DNA of 20,000 bases from an uncultured virus (IMG/VR IMGVR_UViG_3300020182_000015) (lineage: Duplodnaviria; Heunggongvirae; Uroviricota; Caudoviricetes): IMG/VR virus record IMGVR_UViG_3300020182_000015, one strand, 5' to 3'. A program made the translations under genes and the position numbers. The notes under the pieces were generated by a model, which was not told where the DNA came from, ran no database searches, and saw only the letters and a program-made list of their open reading frames with translations. Shown piece by piece: positions 1 to 10,200 of the stretch. Numbering within the stretch: the stretch's first letter is position 1; every line of letters begins with the position of its first letter.

Positions 1-1
1 T

Positions 2-2755
2 GTTACTAATTGGAATACTGCTTATAGCCAAAGTCAAGCAGATTATATTCGGGAAGGTGAGTTTCAAAGTCATTTTGATTCAGCATTTAATGCAGATTTC
101 CAGCCAGTATTTGACGCTGCCTTTAAATCTGCAATTGATAGCGACTTTCCGGTTTTATTTGATTCTGGATTTAATGCTAGTTTTGCCGCTGCGTTTAATA
201 CCGCTTTTGATTCTGGCTTTGATTCCGCTTTTAATAGTGCACTAGAACTTGTTACTACAGATGATTTAGCTGAAGGATCTGTTAATAGATATCTCACTCA
301 AACCGGATTTAATGCATATTTTAATCTTAAGACTACTGACAATCTAGCCGAAACAGATGATAATTTTTATTATAAAAGTATTAGATTTGATTCAGACTTT
401 AATACAAAAAGCACAAATGATTTAAATGAAGGTAGTAGGGCTAGACTTTATTATAATAGATCGCGATTTGATTCGGATTTTCTCGATGCATTCAGCGGAT
501 CTCTTAATAGTGCATTAGATCTTAAGACTACAGATGATTTAGCTGAAGGATCTGTTAATAGATATCTCACTCAAACCGGATTTAATGCATATTTTAATCT
601 TAAGACTACAGATAATTTAGCTGAAACAGATGATAATTTTTATTATAAAAAATTGCGATTTGATTCGGACTTTAATACAAAAAGCACAAATGATTTAAAT
701 GAAGGTAGCAGTGCTAGACTTTATTATAATAGATCGCGATTTGATTCAGATTTTCTTGATGCATTCAGCGGATCCCTTGTTTTATCACTTGGTGATATTT
801 TTGAGCAAGATAGTCCAAATGCTCCGCGTAGATTAGATCTTACAATAGCGGCCAGAAACGCTCTTGATAGTGCATCTTTATCAGATATTGGTGATGTAAA
901 TGATGCATTAACCCCAAGTGATGGTCAAGTTCTTACATGGAATAATGCTGAGCAATATTGGACAAATTCGACATTACCAGCTGGTTATGGTGATAATAAT
1001 GTTGCGGCTCTTCTTAATGGTAATTTAACATCTAATATTATTCCGTCAGTAGATAAAGGTATTTCGCTAGGAGATTCCTCACATAGATTTAATGCAATAC
1101 ATGCTGCAGATTTGTTTATTAATTCACAAACTATTAACTTTACTTCTGGCGAAGGTACCGAACGAACCACCGTTGCAACATTAAGTTATAATGCAGCTGC
1201 TGGTAATTTTGGATTTGCTGATATAAATGGCGGCGCATTAAGTCTAGATTCTAGTTCTATTTCAAATACTATTGCTCGAGTATCTTATGTTGATACTCAA
1301 ATTGCGAATTTAATTAATGGGGCCGGCCCGGCATTTGATACATTAAACGAATTAGCAGTAGCTTTAGAAAGCGGAGATGCCGATTTACTTTCTGCTATAA
1401 ATGCAATTCAAGGCTTTAGCGGAAATTATAATGATTTAAGTAATTTACCAACATTGTTTGATGGTGCATATTCTTCATTAAGCGGGTTGCCAACATTGTT
1501 TGATGGTGCATATTCTTCATTAAGCGGGTTGCCAAATATACTAGATTCCGCCGATATTACTAATGTAATTGATGCTACATATATTCAGGCCAATCAAACA
1601 GCTCAAGATTTTGCTTATGCATCGTTAACTGGTTCACCGACTAATGTATCGAACTTCACAAATGATGCTGGCTACATTACTTCGGTTGGAATAATTAGTT
1701 ATAATAATTTAGCTGATTTACCAACATTGTTTGATGGTGCATATAGCTCTTTAACCGGAACGCCAAATGTTCTTGATTCCGCCGATATTACCAATGTAGT
1801 TGACGCTACATATATTCAAACAAATCAGACAGCTCAAGACTTTGCTTATTCTAGCCTAACCGATGCACCGACTAATGTATCAGACTTCACAAATGATGCT
1901 GGCTACATTACTTCGGTTGGAATAATTAGTTATAATGATTTAACTGATTTACCAACAATTCCATCAGATTTAACCGATTTGGGTATTTCTGATGGTACTA
2001 ATGGACAAATATTAACAACTGATGGTAGTGGCAATTTCACATTTACGGATGCCCCATTAGGCTTTAGCGGAAATTATAATGATTTAAGTAATCTGCCAAC
2101 AATCCCAGATGAACCGGCTATTAATAGAAATAGTGGAACTCCTACTTTAGCTACTGGCGTGACTGCATCAGAAATACGATCACTCATCGGCGCTGGTACG
2201 TCTGATATAACACTTGGGGCGAATACCTGGACTGGTTTACAAACATTTAATGCTGGCGCAACAATTCCAACTAATCAAACATTAAATTTGGGCAATGTAG
2301 AATTACTTTCAGCTTCAAATTTAGTTATGGATGTTAACTCTGGCGATTTCTTTATTAGAGATGGAAATAATGCCAATACAGTAAGATTTGCTTTTGACAT
2401 TTCATCTGGCCATTTTCAAGCAGATGGTAATATTACTGCCTATCAAGCAACATTTGTATCGGATCAAAGGCTAAAACAAAATATAATTAATATTGAAGCT
2501 CCACTTGAAAAAATTAAACACTTAAATGGTGTTAATTTTGAATGGATATCGAGCGGAATTAAATCGGCTGGAGTTATTGCGCAAGATGTTGAAACAGTAT
2601 TACCCGAGGCAGTTTTTGAAAATATTAATAAAAATACCGGCGCAGAATATAAAACCGTTAATTATGATGCACTCCATTCTATATACATTGAAGCTATTAA
2701 AGAGCTAACCCAAAAAGTTGAAGCTCTTGAAATTCAATTACAAAATAAGAATTAA
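2..2755 (+). CDS. Long tail fibre-like protein, 5' truncated by window edge, with C-terminal peptidase S74 intramolecular chaperone (autocleavage) domain
   Basis: The frame of ORF 653..2755 is open back to nt 2 (VTNWNTAYSQSQADYIREGEFQSHFDSAF...), so the TTG at 653 is internal. The C-terminus SDQRLKQNIINIEAPLEKIKHLNGVNFEW...GVIAQDVETVLPEAV...VNYDALHSIYIEAIKEL (from nt 2459) matches the S74 SD-x-R-x-K pattern with terminal coiled coil. It also carries DTLNELA and YSSLTGxP fibre repeats. Confidence 0.9.
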   Translation, partial: VTNWNTAYSQSQADYIREGEFQSHFDSAFNADFQPVFDAAFKSAIDSDFPVLFDSGFNASFAAAFNTAFDSGFDSAFNSALELVTTDDLAEGSVNRYLTQTGFNAYFNLKTTDNLAETDDNFYYKSIRFDSDFNTKSTNDLNEGSRARLYYNRSRFDSDFLDAFSGSLNSALDLKTTDDLAEGSVNRYLTQTGFNAYFNLKTTDNLAETDDNFYYKKLRFDSDFNTKSTNDLNEGSSARLYYNRSRFDSDFLDAFSGSLVLSLGDIFEQDSPNAPRRLDLTIAARNALDSASLSDIGDVNDALTPSDGQVLTWNNAEQYWTNSTLPAGYGDNNVAALLNGNLTSNIIPSVDKGISLGDSSHRFNAIHAADLFINSQTINFTSGEGTERTTVATLSYNAAAGNFGFADINGGALSLDSSSISNTIARVSYVDTQIANLINGAGPAFDTLNELAVALESGDADLLSAINAIQGFSGNYNDLSNLPTLFDGAYSSLSGLPTLFDGAYSSLSGLPNILDSADITNVIDATYIQANQTAQDFAYASLTGSPTNVSNFTNDAGYITSVGIISYNNLADLPTLFDGAYSSLTGTPNVLDSADITNVVDATYIQTNQTAQDFAYSSLTDAPTNVSDFTNDAGYITSVGIISYNDLTDLPTIPSDLTDLGISDGTNGQILTTDGSGNFTFTDAPLGFSGNYNDLSNLPTIPDEPAINRNSGTPTLATGVTASEIRSLIGAGTSDITLGANTWTGLQTFNAGATIPTNQTLNLGNVELLSASNLVMDVNSGDFFIRDGNNANTVRFAFDISSGHFQADGNITAYQATFVSDQRLKQNIINIEAPLEKIKHLNGVNFEWISSGIKSAGVIAQDVETVLPEAVFENINKNTGAEYKTVNYDALHSIYIEAIKELTQKVEALEIQLQNKN
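231..776 (+). repeat. 273-bp (91-aa) in-frame tandem duplication, 2 copies
   Basis: actacagatgatttagctgaaggatctgttaatagatatctc occurs at 254 and 527. The encoded TTDDLAEGSVNRYLT...RFDSDFLDAFSGSL block is repeated almost exactly. Confidence 0.95.
1448..1957 (+). repeat. Nested in-frame tandem repeats: exact 42-bp x2 (1448-1531) overlapping 231-bp x2 (1490-1951)
   Basis: ccaacattgtttgatggtgcata occurs at 1448, 1490 and 1721. These encode 14-aa PTLFDGAYSSLSGL and 77-aa units. Confidence 0.9.
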
Positions 2756-2758
2756 ATA

Positions 2759-4948
2759 ATGGTACTTCCACTCACCGGACCAATTAGTTTACAAGCTATA
2801 CAAGCAGAACATGGCGGCACTGCCCCGATTTCTCTTTCTGAATATTACAAAGGTGGGGGCGAGGTAGATGCCACACAATCAAATAATGCGGCTATTCCCA
2901 CCTCAGGTACAATAGACCTTGGTGATTTCCGTGGTTCGGGTAGTGGGGTAAATCCTGGTAGTGTAATTTTTACTTATACGGGTTCCGATCATTATTGGGA
3001 TGTGCCAGCTGGCGTAACTAATATTGGTGTTATATTAGTTGGCGGCGGCGGTGGCGCTGGTTCCAATAAAAATGATTTTTGGGGCGGTGGCGGCGGTGGC
3101 GGTGGCGCATTTATAGCTACCCCAGATACGTCTTATATAAGTGTGACACCCGGAGATGTTTTAAAAATAGAAGTTGGTGCTGGTGGAAATGGTGCTGGAT
3201 TAGACCTTAGCTCAGCAACAACAGGCGAAAATGGCGGAGACAGCATTATTTCTTCTGTTAATGTTGTTACTGATGCTACTACAATAATTCGCAAAGTTGG
3301 TGGCGGGGCTGGTGGTGGATCTGGTGGTAGTTCCGGAGGAGCGGGCGGCAATCCTATTACATTTGCGAATGCTGATTTTAGAGGTTACGGGGGCGATGGC
3401 GGCACTGGGCGCCTTGATGCAGATTATGGCTATGGCGGCGGCGGCGGTGGCGCTGGTGGAGCAGCAATTGTTAGTAATACAATTGGCTATGGTGGTAACG
3501 GAAATAGCACCGCCTATCAAAATGGTGGTGATGGCACTCGAGGCGGCGGCGGCGGAGGACAATATGATCCATATAATGGTTCAACTTTTACTTTTATGCA
3601 TAATGCTGGTGGTGGTGCCGGTGTTAATGGTACTGAGGGTCTTGCCGCTACTGGTAGGAATGGTTCATATATAACTGGTCTTGGCCAAACTGGTGTTAAC
3701 ACTGATGCAGGAAGAGCCGGCGGCGGATCTGGCGGCGGCCCCTCCCGAAGTTATGGTAGAGGCGGTTTATATGGCGGCGGCGGTGGTGGTTTAGACGATG
3801 ATGATGTTCCATCAATTAATAGTACATATAATTATTATGAAGGCAGCGGCGGTGGTGGTGTTGTAAGAATATATTGGACTGATGGGGATGGTAATACGTC
3901 TCGTTCGTGGCCAGCTACTAATATTTCTACTAGTAATGATTTTACTACTGAAACCTATTCAACCTCTGCTTCAACATCAACAACGTATACTCCTCCAGCA
4001 GCAGGTGGTGGTGGCGGTAGTGGCGATCCTGGTCAAGGAGAATCTTCTACTGGTGAGGCTCGGTTTGTAGCAAGAACTGGCGCATATACTTGGACAGTTC
4101 CGGAGGGTGTTACATCTATTAGTATGATTGCTGTTGGCGGTGGCGGTGGTGCTGGTGGTTCTGGCAGCAATTATTCTGGTGGCGGCGGAGGCGGCGGTGG
4201 GTTATCATATGTAAACAATTATGCTGTCACAGCGGGCACCACATATCGGGTTCGTCCTGGCCTTGGTGGGGTAGGTGGAACAGCTAATGGCGGTAATGGT
4301 GGATACGGAGTAGAATCTTATATTCGGATAGACTCCCCGCTTGAATATATTTTAGCGGCGCAAGGTGGTTTACGGGGTACTGGCGCAAATAGCTCGCCGG
4401 CCGGAACAGGCGGTAACGGTGGGGCTGGCGCTTCATATCGTAGTATTTCCGGACAATCTGGTGGTAATGGCGGCAATGGCGGTGCAGGCCAATACAATGC
4501 TGGCGGTGGCGGTGGCGGTGGTGCTGGTGGATACACCGGTACTGGCGGCGCTGGTGGTACTGGGAATATGACAGCTGGACAAACAGGCGCTGGAGGCGGC
4601 GGTGGCGGTGGCGGTGGTACTGGAACCGATACACAACCAGATAACGCTGGTGGCGGTGTAGGTATATTTGGCTCTGGCGCTAATGGCAGTGGTGGAAGCG
4701 TTGCCAATCCCGGAAATGGTGGGTCAGGCGGTACTAACGGTTCTTCGGCCGGTGGCGGAGAATATGGCGGTGGCGGAGGCGCGCCAGAAGATGATAGCCC
4801 CACCAAGCCAGGATTGCCTGGTGGAGATGGTACAGTTAGAATAATTTGGCCCGGTAGTAGATCTTTCCCATCAACTAATGTGGCAGCAGCAGACTCAACG
4901 ACAATTACACGTTATAATGCGAATGGAACTACAACTGATTTATCTTAA
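2759..4948 (+). CDS. Glycine-rich adhesin-like fibre-tip protein (functionally gp38-like), two tandem Gly-rich domains
   Basis: 729 aa, starting 3 nt after the S74 fibre stop. It has a short N-terminal MVLPLTGPISLQAIQAEHGG domain, then two domains each beginning W-x-V-P-x-G-V-T-x-I...VGGGGG and ending GxGxVRI(Y/I)W...RS(W/F)PxTN. Confidence 0.8.
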   Translation: MVLPLTGPISLQAIQAEHGGTAPISLSEYYKGGGEVDATQSNNAAIPTSGTIDLGDFRGSGSGVNPGSVIFTYTGSDHYWDVPAGVTNIGVILVGGGGGAGSNKNDFWGGGGGGGGAFIATPDTSYISVTPGDVLKIEVGAGGNGAGLDLSSATTGENGGDSIISSVNVVTDATTIIRKVGGGAGGGSGGSSGGAGGNPITFANADFRGYGGDGGTGRLDADYGYGGGGGGAGGAAIVSNTIGYGGNGNSTAYQNGGDGTRGGGGGGQYDPYNGSTFTFMHNAGGGAGVNGTEGLAATGRNGSYITGLGQTGVNTDAGRAGGGSGGGPSRSYGRGGLYGGGGGGLDDDDVPSINSTYNYYEGSGGGGVVRIYWTDGDGNTSRSWPATNISTSNDFTTETYSTSASTSTTYTPPAAGGGGGSGDPGQGESSTGEARFVARTGAYTWTVPEGVTSISMIAVGGGGGAGGSGSNYSGGGGGGGGLSYVNNYAVTAGTTYRVRPGLGGVGGTANGGNGGYGVESYIRIDSPLEYILAAQGGLRGTGANSSPAGTGGNGGAGASYRSISGQSGGNGGNGGAGQYNAGGGGGGGAGGYTGTGGAGGTGNMTAGQTGAGGGGGGGGGTGTDTQPDNAGGGVGIFGSGANGSGGSVANPGNGGSGGTNGSSAGGGEYGGGGGAPEDDSPTKPGLPGGDGTVRIIWPGSRSFPSTNVAAADSTTITRYNANGTTTDLS

Positions 4949-4982
4949 ACTGATATTTTATATATTTACTGATAGCAAAAGA

Positions 4983-4990
4983 TATAAATA
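4983..4990 (+). promoter_or_regulatory. T4-type late promoter (-10 TATAAATA)
   Basis: Exact TATAAATA in the intergenic gap, upstream of GGAG (5016-5019) and ATG 5028. Confidence 0.85.
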
Positions 4991-5027
4991 ATATCAAATG
5001 CGCAATTAAAAATGTGGAGAGCTATAC

Positions 5028-5375
5028 ATGGCTAGATACGAAGAAATTGAAATTGACCAAGGGAGTGATATTTCAATTGAGCTGCATACTAATAATATAG
5101 ATGGCTCTGTTAAAAATCTTACCAATGTGGCTATAGCATGTAAAATGAAAAAAACACATCGCAGCTCAATATCTACTGATTGGACCTGTGTTGTAAAAGA
5201 ACCGGCTACCGCTGGAATTATTACTATGTCGCTTTCAAATGCTCAATCCGATGCATTGAAAGCCGGTAGATATGTATATGATGTTGAATTATCATATTTT
5301 GATAGTGATAATACACAGATTGTGGAAAGAATACTTGAAGGTCGTATGTCTGTAAACCCATCAGTTACAAAATAA
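5028..5375 (+). CDS. Small beta-sandwich virion structural/fibre-attachment protein (BppU-N/LtfC-like)
   Basis: 115 aa with a good RBS. The motifs IDQGSD...NLT...GIITMSLS...L-x-AGRYVYDVEL...RILEG-x-x-x-VNPSVT are typical of small structural proteins of T4-like aquatic phages (recognised from memory). Confidence 0.7.
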   Translation: MARYEEIEIDQGSDISIELHTNNIDGSVKNLTNVAIACKMKKTHRSSISTDWTCVVKEPATAGIITMSLSNAQSDALKAGRYVYDVELSYFDSDNTQIVERILEGRMSVNPSVTK

Positions 5376-5387
5376 AGGTATATTCAC

Positions 5388-8300
5388 GTGGTTACTAAAA
5401 TAACAAAAATAATTGTAGGTGTACCATCTGGTAATATTTCCGCTGCAGCTGCTGGCAATGCTTCAACTTTGGGCGGTGAATCTAGTGGGTATTACACCGA
5501 CTTTACTAATTTAAATAATGTTCCAACAATTTTAGATTCAAATGCAATTGTATCATTAATTTCATCAACACCATCCGGCTTTGATTCTAGTGATATTGCA
5601 GCTTTAATTGCGGCAACGGTTGATTCAAATTATGTTGGTATCCGATTAGATGACCAAATTCTACGATTTGTCAACAAAAGCCATATTGATGGTTTAGGTA
5701 TTAATGCTGCGGAATTTAATGGCGAATCTGCTTCATATTATTTAGATTGGGCTAATTTAACAAACGTCCCGGTTGAATTAGTAATGGAATCGGAATTAAC
5801 TGCTGCTATTGACAGCGCTATTAATTCTGTGATTGGGCTAGCTCCCGACCAATTAAATACCCTAAATGAATTAGCAGAAGCAATTGGTGATGACGCCAAT
5901 TTTGTTACTACTATTACAAATTTAACTAATACTAAACTTGATACTGCTCAAACAATTAATCTTATTGATAGTGCATATGTCAGCGCAAGAATTGTTGCGG
6001 GTAGTACTTTTGATTCTGGTAATGCAATTGGTTTGATTGATAGCGCATATATTAATGCGAGAGTTGATCAGCCCCCGGTATTTAATTTTGATTCAGCAAT
6101 ACAAGATATTACAACTAATATTATTCCTCGTACTACTGAAGCAGTAGATCTTGGAACCAATACCCAAAGATTCAGAGATTTATATTTAAGCGGCAATTCC
6201 ATTATGATGGGAAGCCTAGTAATTTCTGATTCTGGTGGTACTCTTGTTATTAAAGATAATAGTGGTAATAAAGCCGCTATATCATTGGCAGCCACTACAA
6301 CAAAAGAATTAATTGAAGAATTTAATTTATTCTATACGCGGGCCCGAGTTGATAGTGATTTTGATGCGCGCCTATTAACAAAAACTACAGCAGATCTTGC
6401 TGAAGGCGATAATCTTTATTATACAACTGCTCGGGCAGATAGTGCTTTTGATGCAAGATTTGATTCATCTTTTGATGAAAGACTAGCTACTAAAACAACA
6501 ACTAATATTGTTGAAGGTGATAATCTTTATTACACAAGAAGCAGATTTGATTCTGCATTAGGTGATACAGTATCTCAAGAAACAATTAGAAATTATTTTT
6601 CGGCTGCTGGTGATTTATCATATAATTCTGCATCCGGCGAATTTTCTTTTGATGTTGAACATGTTTATACCCAATCCAATTTTGATAGTGATTTTAATAC
6701 TTCTCTTGATGCCGCGGCGATTGATGGTCTTGGACTAACCTATAATACTGTTAATAATACTTTAAGTATTGATAGTGCAGAATTTTCTGCAATGTTTACA
6801 ACAGAAAATCTTCCGGAAGGAAACAATCTTTATTATACTAGCGCGCGCGTAGATAGTGATATTTTATCATTAGTAGATGCACCGTATATTCAATCACAAC
6901 AAGCAGTATTAGCTAATATTGCTGACCGTAATGCGGATGCTTTTGGTGGTGCTGGGGTAACAGTCACTGGGGATATTATCCCAGATGGCGATACTTTATA
7001 TAATTTGGGTTCACCCGATAGAAAATTTGCTAGTTTATATGTCGCTGGCGAAACAATTTATATTGGTAATTTGTCAATTTCCGATGCTACGGGCGAATTT
7101 ATAGTTAAATCCGTAGATTCGGCTGGTACCGAAACAACTATTTTAAAACAAGAAACGGGCGCAATTTATCTTAAAGATTTTGTCATAGTTGATTCTGGTG
7201 AACAACTATTCTTGCGGAAATTAGATAGTGATAATGGACCAACAACAGATTTTGCAGATCTTGCGGTTGGGACTGCCACACTTGCCGGTGCTCTAAGAGG
7301 CCCAAGTCAATTTGTAATTGATCCATATCCCTATGCCGTTGATTCGGGCGAAGTTATTATTCGTGGGAATTTACGAGTTGAAGGCACAACCACTACTATT
7401 AATTCGACTAATTTAAGTGTTAATGATAAACTAATTATAATTGCTGATAGCTCACCAGATGCAATTTCTGCAGATGGCGCTGGATTTTTAATTGATGGTG
7501 CAGGTGCATCTTTAACATATAATGCAAGCTTAGACAAATTTATATTTAATAAAGGTGTTGTTGCGCCAACCTTTACTGGGCAATATGTAGGATTTGATTC
7601 GGATTTTGATTCTGCACTAAGCACTAAATCAACTACTGATCTTGCTGAAGGCGATAATCTTTATTATACCGCGGGTCGTGTAGATAGTGATATTTTATCA
7701 CTGGTTGATGCTACATATATTAGAGCACGTCAAGCTGATATCTTCAGAGACTCCGCATTTATTTTAAATGTAATTGATTCTGATTTTGTTAATTCGAAGG
7801 TTGCTATTCCTTCTGGATCGACCACTACTTTAGGTGCTCCGGTTGATGGAAGCATAAATGATGGCGCATTTACTGGTTTTGATATTACTAAACCAGTAGT
7901 TGAAGCAATTGATCATTTAAATGAAGCTTTAAACAATGTGCGAAATAATACATTTGTAAGATCTGTATCATTTACTGGTTCGCCAACAGCCGGCGGCGCC
8001 GGAACAAATGTTACCTTAAATTTAAATGTTGACGGAACACCAAACAGATATGATGTTTATTGGGGCGACGGATCAGTTGATTCTGCTACTAGCGATGCTA
8101 CACCATCACATGTCTATTCAACAAATGTGGGTTCTCCATATACGGTAACAGTTAGAGCATATAATAACGGTGGATATGGCTCTGGTATGGAAGCATCTTC
8201 AACGTTAGAAGACTATATTATTATCTATACTGCCGATCCATCAGTTGCATTTAGATTATATAAGGATGCTGTTGGTGGGTCTCCGTTAAGTGGCAATAAT

Positions 8301-10187
8301 TTATATGTCATTGAAGGCGGTTCACTATATCTTGAAAATATTACAACCAATACTACAAGCGCTGATGTTACCTATACTATGAATTGGGCAGATGGCAATG
8401 TAGATACTATTGCATCTGACATTGCAGATGGTGGCGTAAATGGTAATAGGTTGCTACATCAATGGCAAGCTGGTAGTAATAGTGGAAGCGCTTTAGATGC
8501 TTTAACATTAACATTAACTTCACATACTACCGCATTGCCGTCATCTATTCCAACATCTGGCGCAATATCATTAAAAGTATATGATGATAATCCAGCTAGC
8601 CCACAGACATTAGCAAATAAAACTATTGCTTTGAATGGACAGGACGCAAAACTTGCTGCTAACGTTACAAATAATACAAGCACTACTACAATTACGGCTG
8701 GCGCAAATATAGAGCGATTTATATCTTCTAATGCCACAACAACAACAACTTCTACTTTTGCTTATAATAATAAATCTGGATATTTGGTTGCATATATTAA
8801 CGATGCATCAGATGGTGGCGCTGATATGTCGGCCCCAATTAATAATGCTGATAACGGGGCATTGGTAATTACTGATTCAAGTGATTTTAATTTATTGTCA
8901 AGTACTGGATCTCCGATTTCTTTTAATTCTAGTATATATTATCCAAAACTATTTGATGGGTTTATAGCAAGAATTACTAAACCAGTTGCTGATTTGCCAA
9001 CCGGTATTAATAATATGTTTATTAAACACGAAGGTGTTGGTCAAACAAATACCGTTACATTAGTAAAAGATGATTTAACAGTAGCGCCATCAATTTCTAC
9101 GGTCGGTAATATTACCGAAACTGCAGCCGGGACATTAAAATATATTTCCGGAATTCCTTATTATACAACTAATGCTACCCTTGCTTTAAGCGGTACAGCA
9201 ATTTCTAATCTTATTGGTCAAACATATACTGATCTTTCTGACGTAGTTAGTATTACTTCTGGTACAAATTTAGAAGGAACATCTAATTCTGTTATATCAA
9301 CACAAAACTATAATTATTCTGGAATTGATGGCGCAGTAACAATGTTAAGTGGAGGTGTACCAATTAAAGAAACCGGTGTTGCTTCTCCATATTCAATTGG
9401 TTCATTAAGCTTTACGGTTGGCCCAAATAATGTCCGTGCAGTTGAAACTTTAAAAATAAGAGCACGTAATATTAATGGGACTAGCTCTTATAGCAATTTA
9501 ACCGAAAATATTCAAGTATATTCTGGGTCAATATCTGGTATTGATGAAACAAATCTTTCAGTTGGTGCAATTGGTGGAACATATAGCGATAATGCAATAA
9601 GAATTTTTGATTTTTCAAGTGCAACTACTGATACCCCAACGATTCCAACAGCTACAAATTTCTATACAAATAATACATATTCACAAAACGCTGATCCTGG
9701 TGTTGCGGGTACATTAGAAGCAACAGTCAGGTGGGGTAACATTACTAATAATGCAGTAGACTACTCCACATATCTGCCGGCTGGACCGGATAGATCTAAT
9801 GATACCGGCGATCAATATTTTACATTTGCATTCAGACGAACCGCAATATCAAATTTTAATATAAATATTAATGCTAGTAATGGTATTAGTGGGCTTTATA
9901 TTGCGGCGCCAGGCACACAAATAGATAATACCTCAACAATTAATGGATGGCTAGATGCTAGCACTTCATATGAGGGTGCCGGAATTCCGGGAGCGGGAGC
10001 GGGCGGTAATGGGGCTAATGGTTGTACTGTCGGCACATTACCTCCAATTAATGGTACTGCTATTACTAATGGAGTATTTACCACTACATTAGGAACTGAA
10101 AGTTTAACTAATGCTACAAATAATGTTGCATTGGTTAGAATCAAATTATCAAGCGGTCAAACCATATCTTCATTAAGCATATCGTAA
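5388..10187 (+). CDS. Large virion fibre/structural protein: DS-rich N-terminal shaft plus C-terminal half with PKD-like beta domains
   Basis: 1599 aa, GTG start after AAAGG. It has a TLNELAEAIGDDANF module, five EGxNLYYT-type repeats and two IIP...LG...F knob motifs. PKD-like signatures are YDVYWGDGS...SHVY...PYTVTVRAYN (W at 8061) and YTMNWADG (about 8373-8396). Confidence 0.8.
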   Translation: MVTKITKIIVGVPSGNISAAAAGNASTLGGESSGYYTDFTNLNNVPTILDSNAIVSLISSTPSGFDSSDIAALIAATVDSNYVGIRLDDQILRFVNKSHIDGLGINAAEFNGESASYYLDWANLTNVPVELVMESELTAAIDSAINSVIGLAPDQLNTLNELAEAIGDDANFVTTITNLTNTKLDTAQTINLIDSAYVSARIVAGSTFDSGNAIGLIDSAYINARVDQPPVFNFDSAIQDITTNIIPRTTEAVDLGTNTQRFRDLYLSGNSIMMGSLVISDSGGTLVIKDNSGNKAAISLAATTTKELIEEFNLFYTRARVDSDFDARLLTKTTADLAEGDNLYYTTARADSAFDARFDSSFDERLATKTTTNIVEGDNLYYTRSRFDSALGDTVSQETIRNYFSAAGDLSYNSASGEFSFDVEHVYTQSNFDSDFNTSLDAAAIDGLGLTYNTVNNTLSIDSAEFSAMFTTENLPEGNNLYYTSARVDSDILSLVDAPYIQSQQAVLANIADRNADAFGGAGVTVTGDIIPDGDTLYNLGSPDRKFASLYVAGETIYIGNLSISDATGEFIVKSVDSAGTETTILKQETGAIYLKDFVIVDSGEQLFLRKLDSDNGPTTDFADLAVGTATLAGALRGPSQFVIDPYPYAVDSGEVIIRGNLRVEGTTTTINSTNLSVNDKLIIIADSSPDAISADGAGFLIDGAGASLTYNASLDKFIFNKGVVAPTFTGQYVGFDSDFDSALSTKSTTDLAEGDNLYYTAGRVDSDILSLVDATYIRARQADIFRDSAFILNVIDSDFVNSKVAIPSGSTTTLGAPVDGSINDGAFTGFDITKPVVEAIDHLNEALNNVRNNTFVRSVSFTGSPTAGGAGTNVTLNLNVDGTPNRYDVYWGDGSVDSATSDATPSHVYSTNVGSPYTVTVRAYNNGGYGSGMEASSTLEDYIIIYTADPSVAFRLYKDAVGGSPLSGNNLYVIEGGSLYLENITTNTTSADVTYTMNWADGNVDTIASDIADGGVNGNRLLHQWQAGSNSGSALDALTLTLTSHTTALPSSIPTSGAISLKVYDDNPASPQTLANKTIALNGQDAKLAANVTNNTSTTTITAGANIERFISSNATTTTTSTFAYNNKSGYLVAYINDASDGGADMSAPINNADNGALVITDSSDFNLLSSTGSPISFNSSIYYPKLFDGFIARITKPVADLPTGINNMFIKHEGVGQTNTVTLVKDDLTVAPSISTVGNITETAAGTLKYISGIPYYTTNATLALSGTAISNLIGQTYTDLSDVVSITSGTNLEGTSNSVISTQNYNYSGIDGAVTMLSGGVPIKETGVASPYSIGSLSFTVGPNNVRAVETLKIRARNINGTSSYSNLTENIQVYSGSISGIDETNLSVGAIGGTYSDNAIRIFDFSSATTDTPTIPTATNFYTNNTYSQNADPGVAGTLEATVRWGNITNNAVDYSTYLPAGPDRSNDTGDQYFTFAFRRTAISNFNININASNGISGLYIAAPGTQIDNTSTINGWLDASTSYEGAGIPGAGAGGNGANGCTVGTLPPINGTAITNGVFTTTLGTESLTNATNNVALVRIKLSSGQTISSLSIS

Positions 10188-10200
10188 CAGGAAAAAATAA

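Noticed and set aside
653..655. TTG start of the 700-aa ORF
   Set aside because: The frame is open to nt 2 and the codon lies inside the second copy of a 91-aa repeat, so the true start is upstream of the window.
3133..4806. Pro-, Ala- and His/Arg-rich ORFs on the - strand and in alternative frames
   Set aside because: These are shadows of GGN glycine codon runs in 2759..4948.
2759..4948. Higher-GC segment as a horizontally acquired island
   Set aside because: It is sufficiently explained by glycine codon content.
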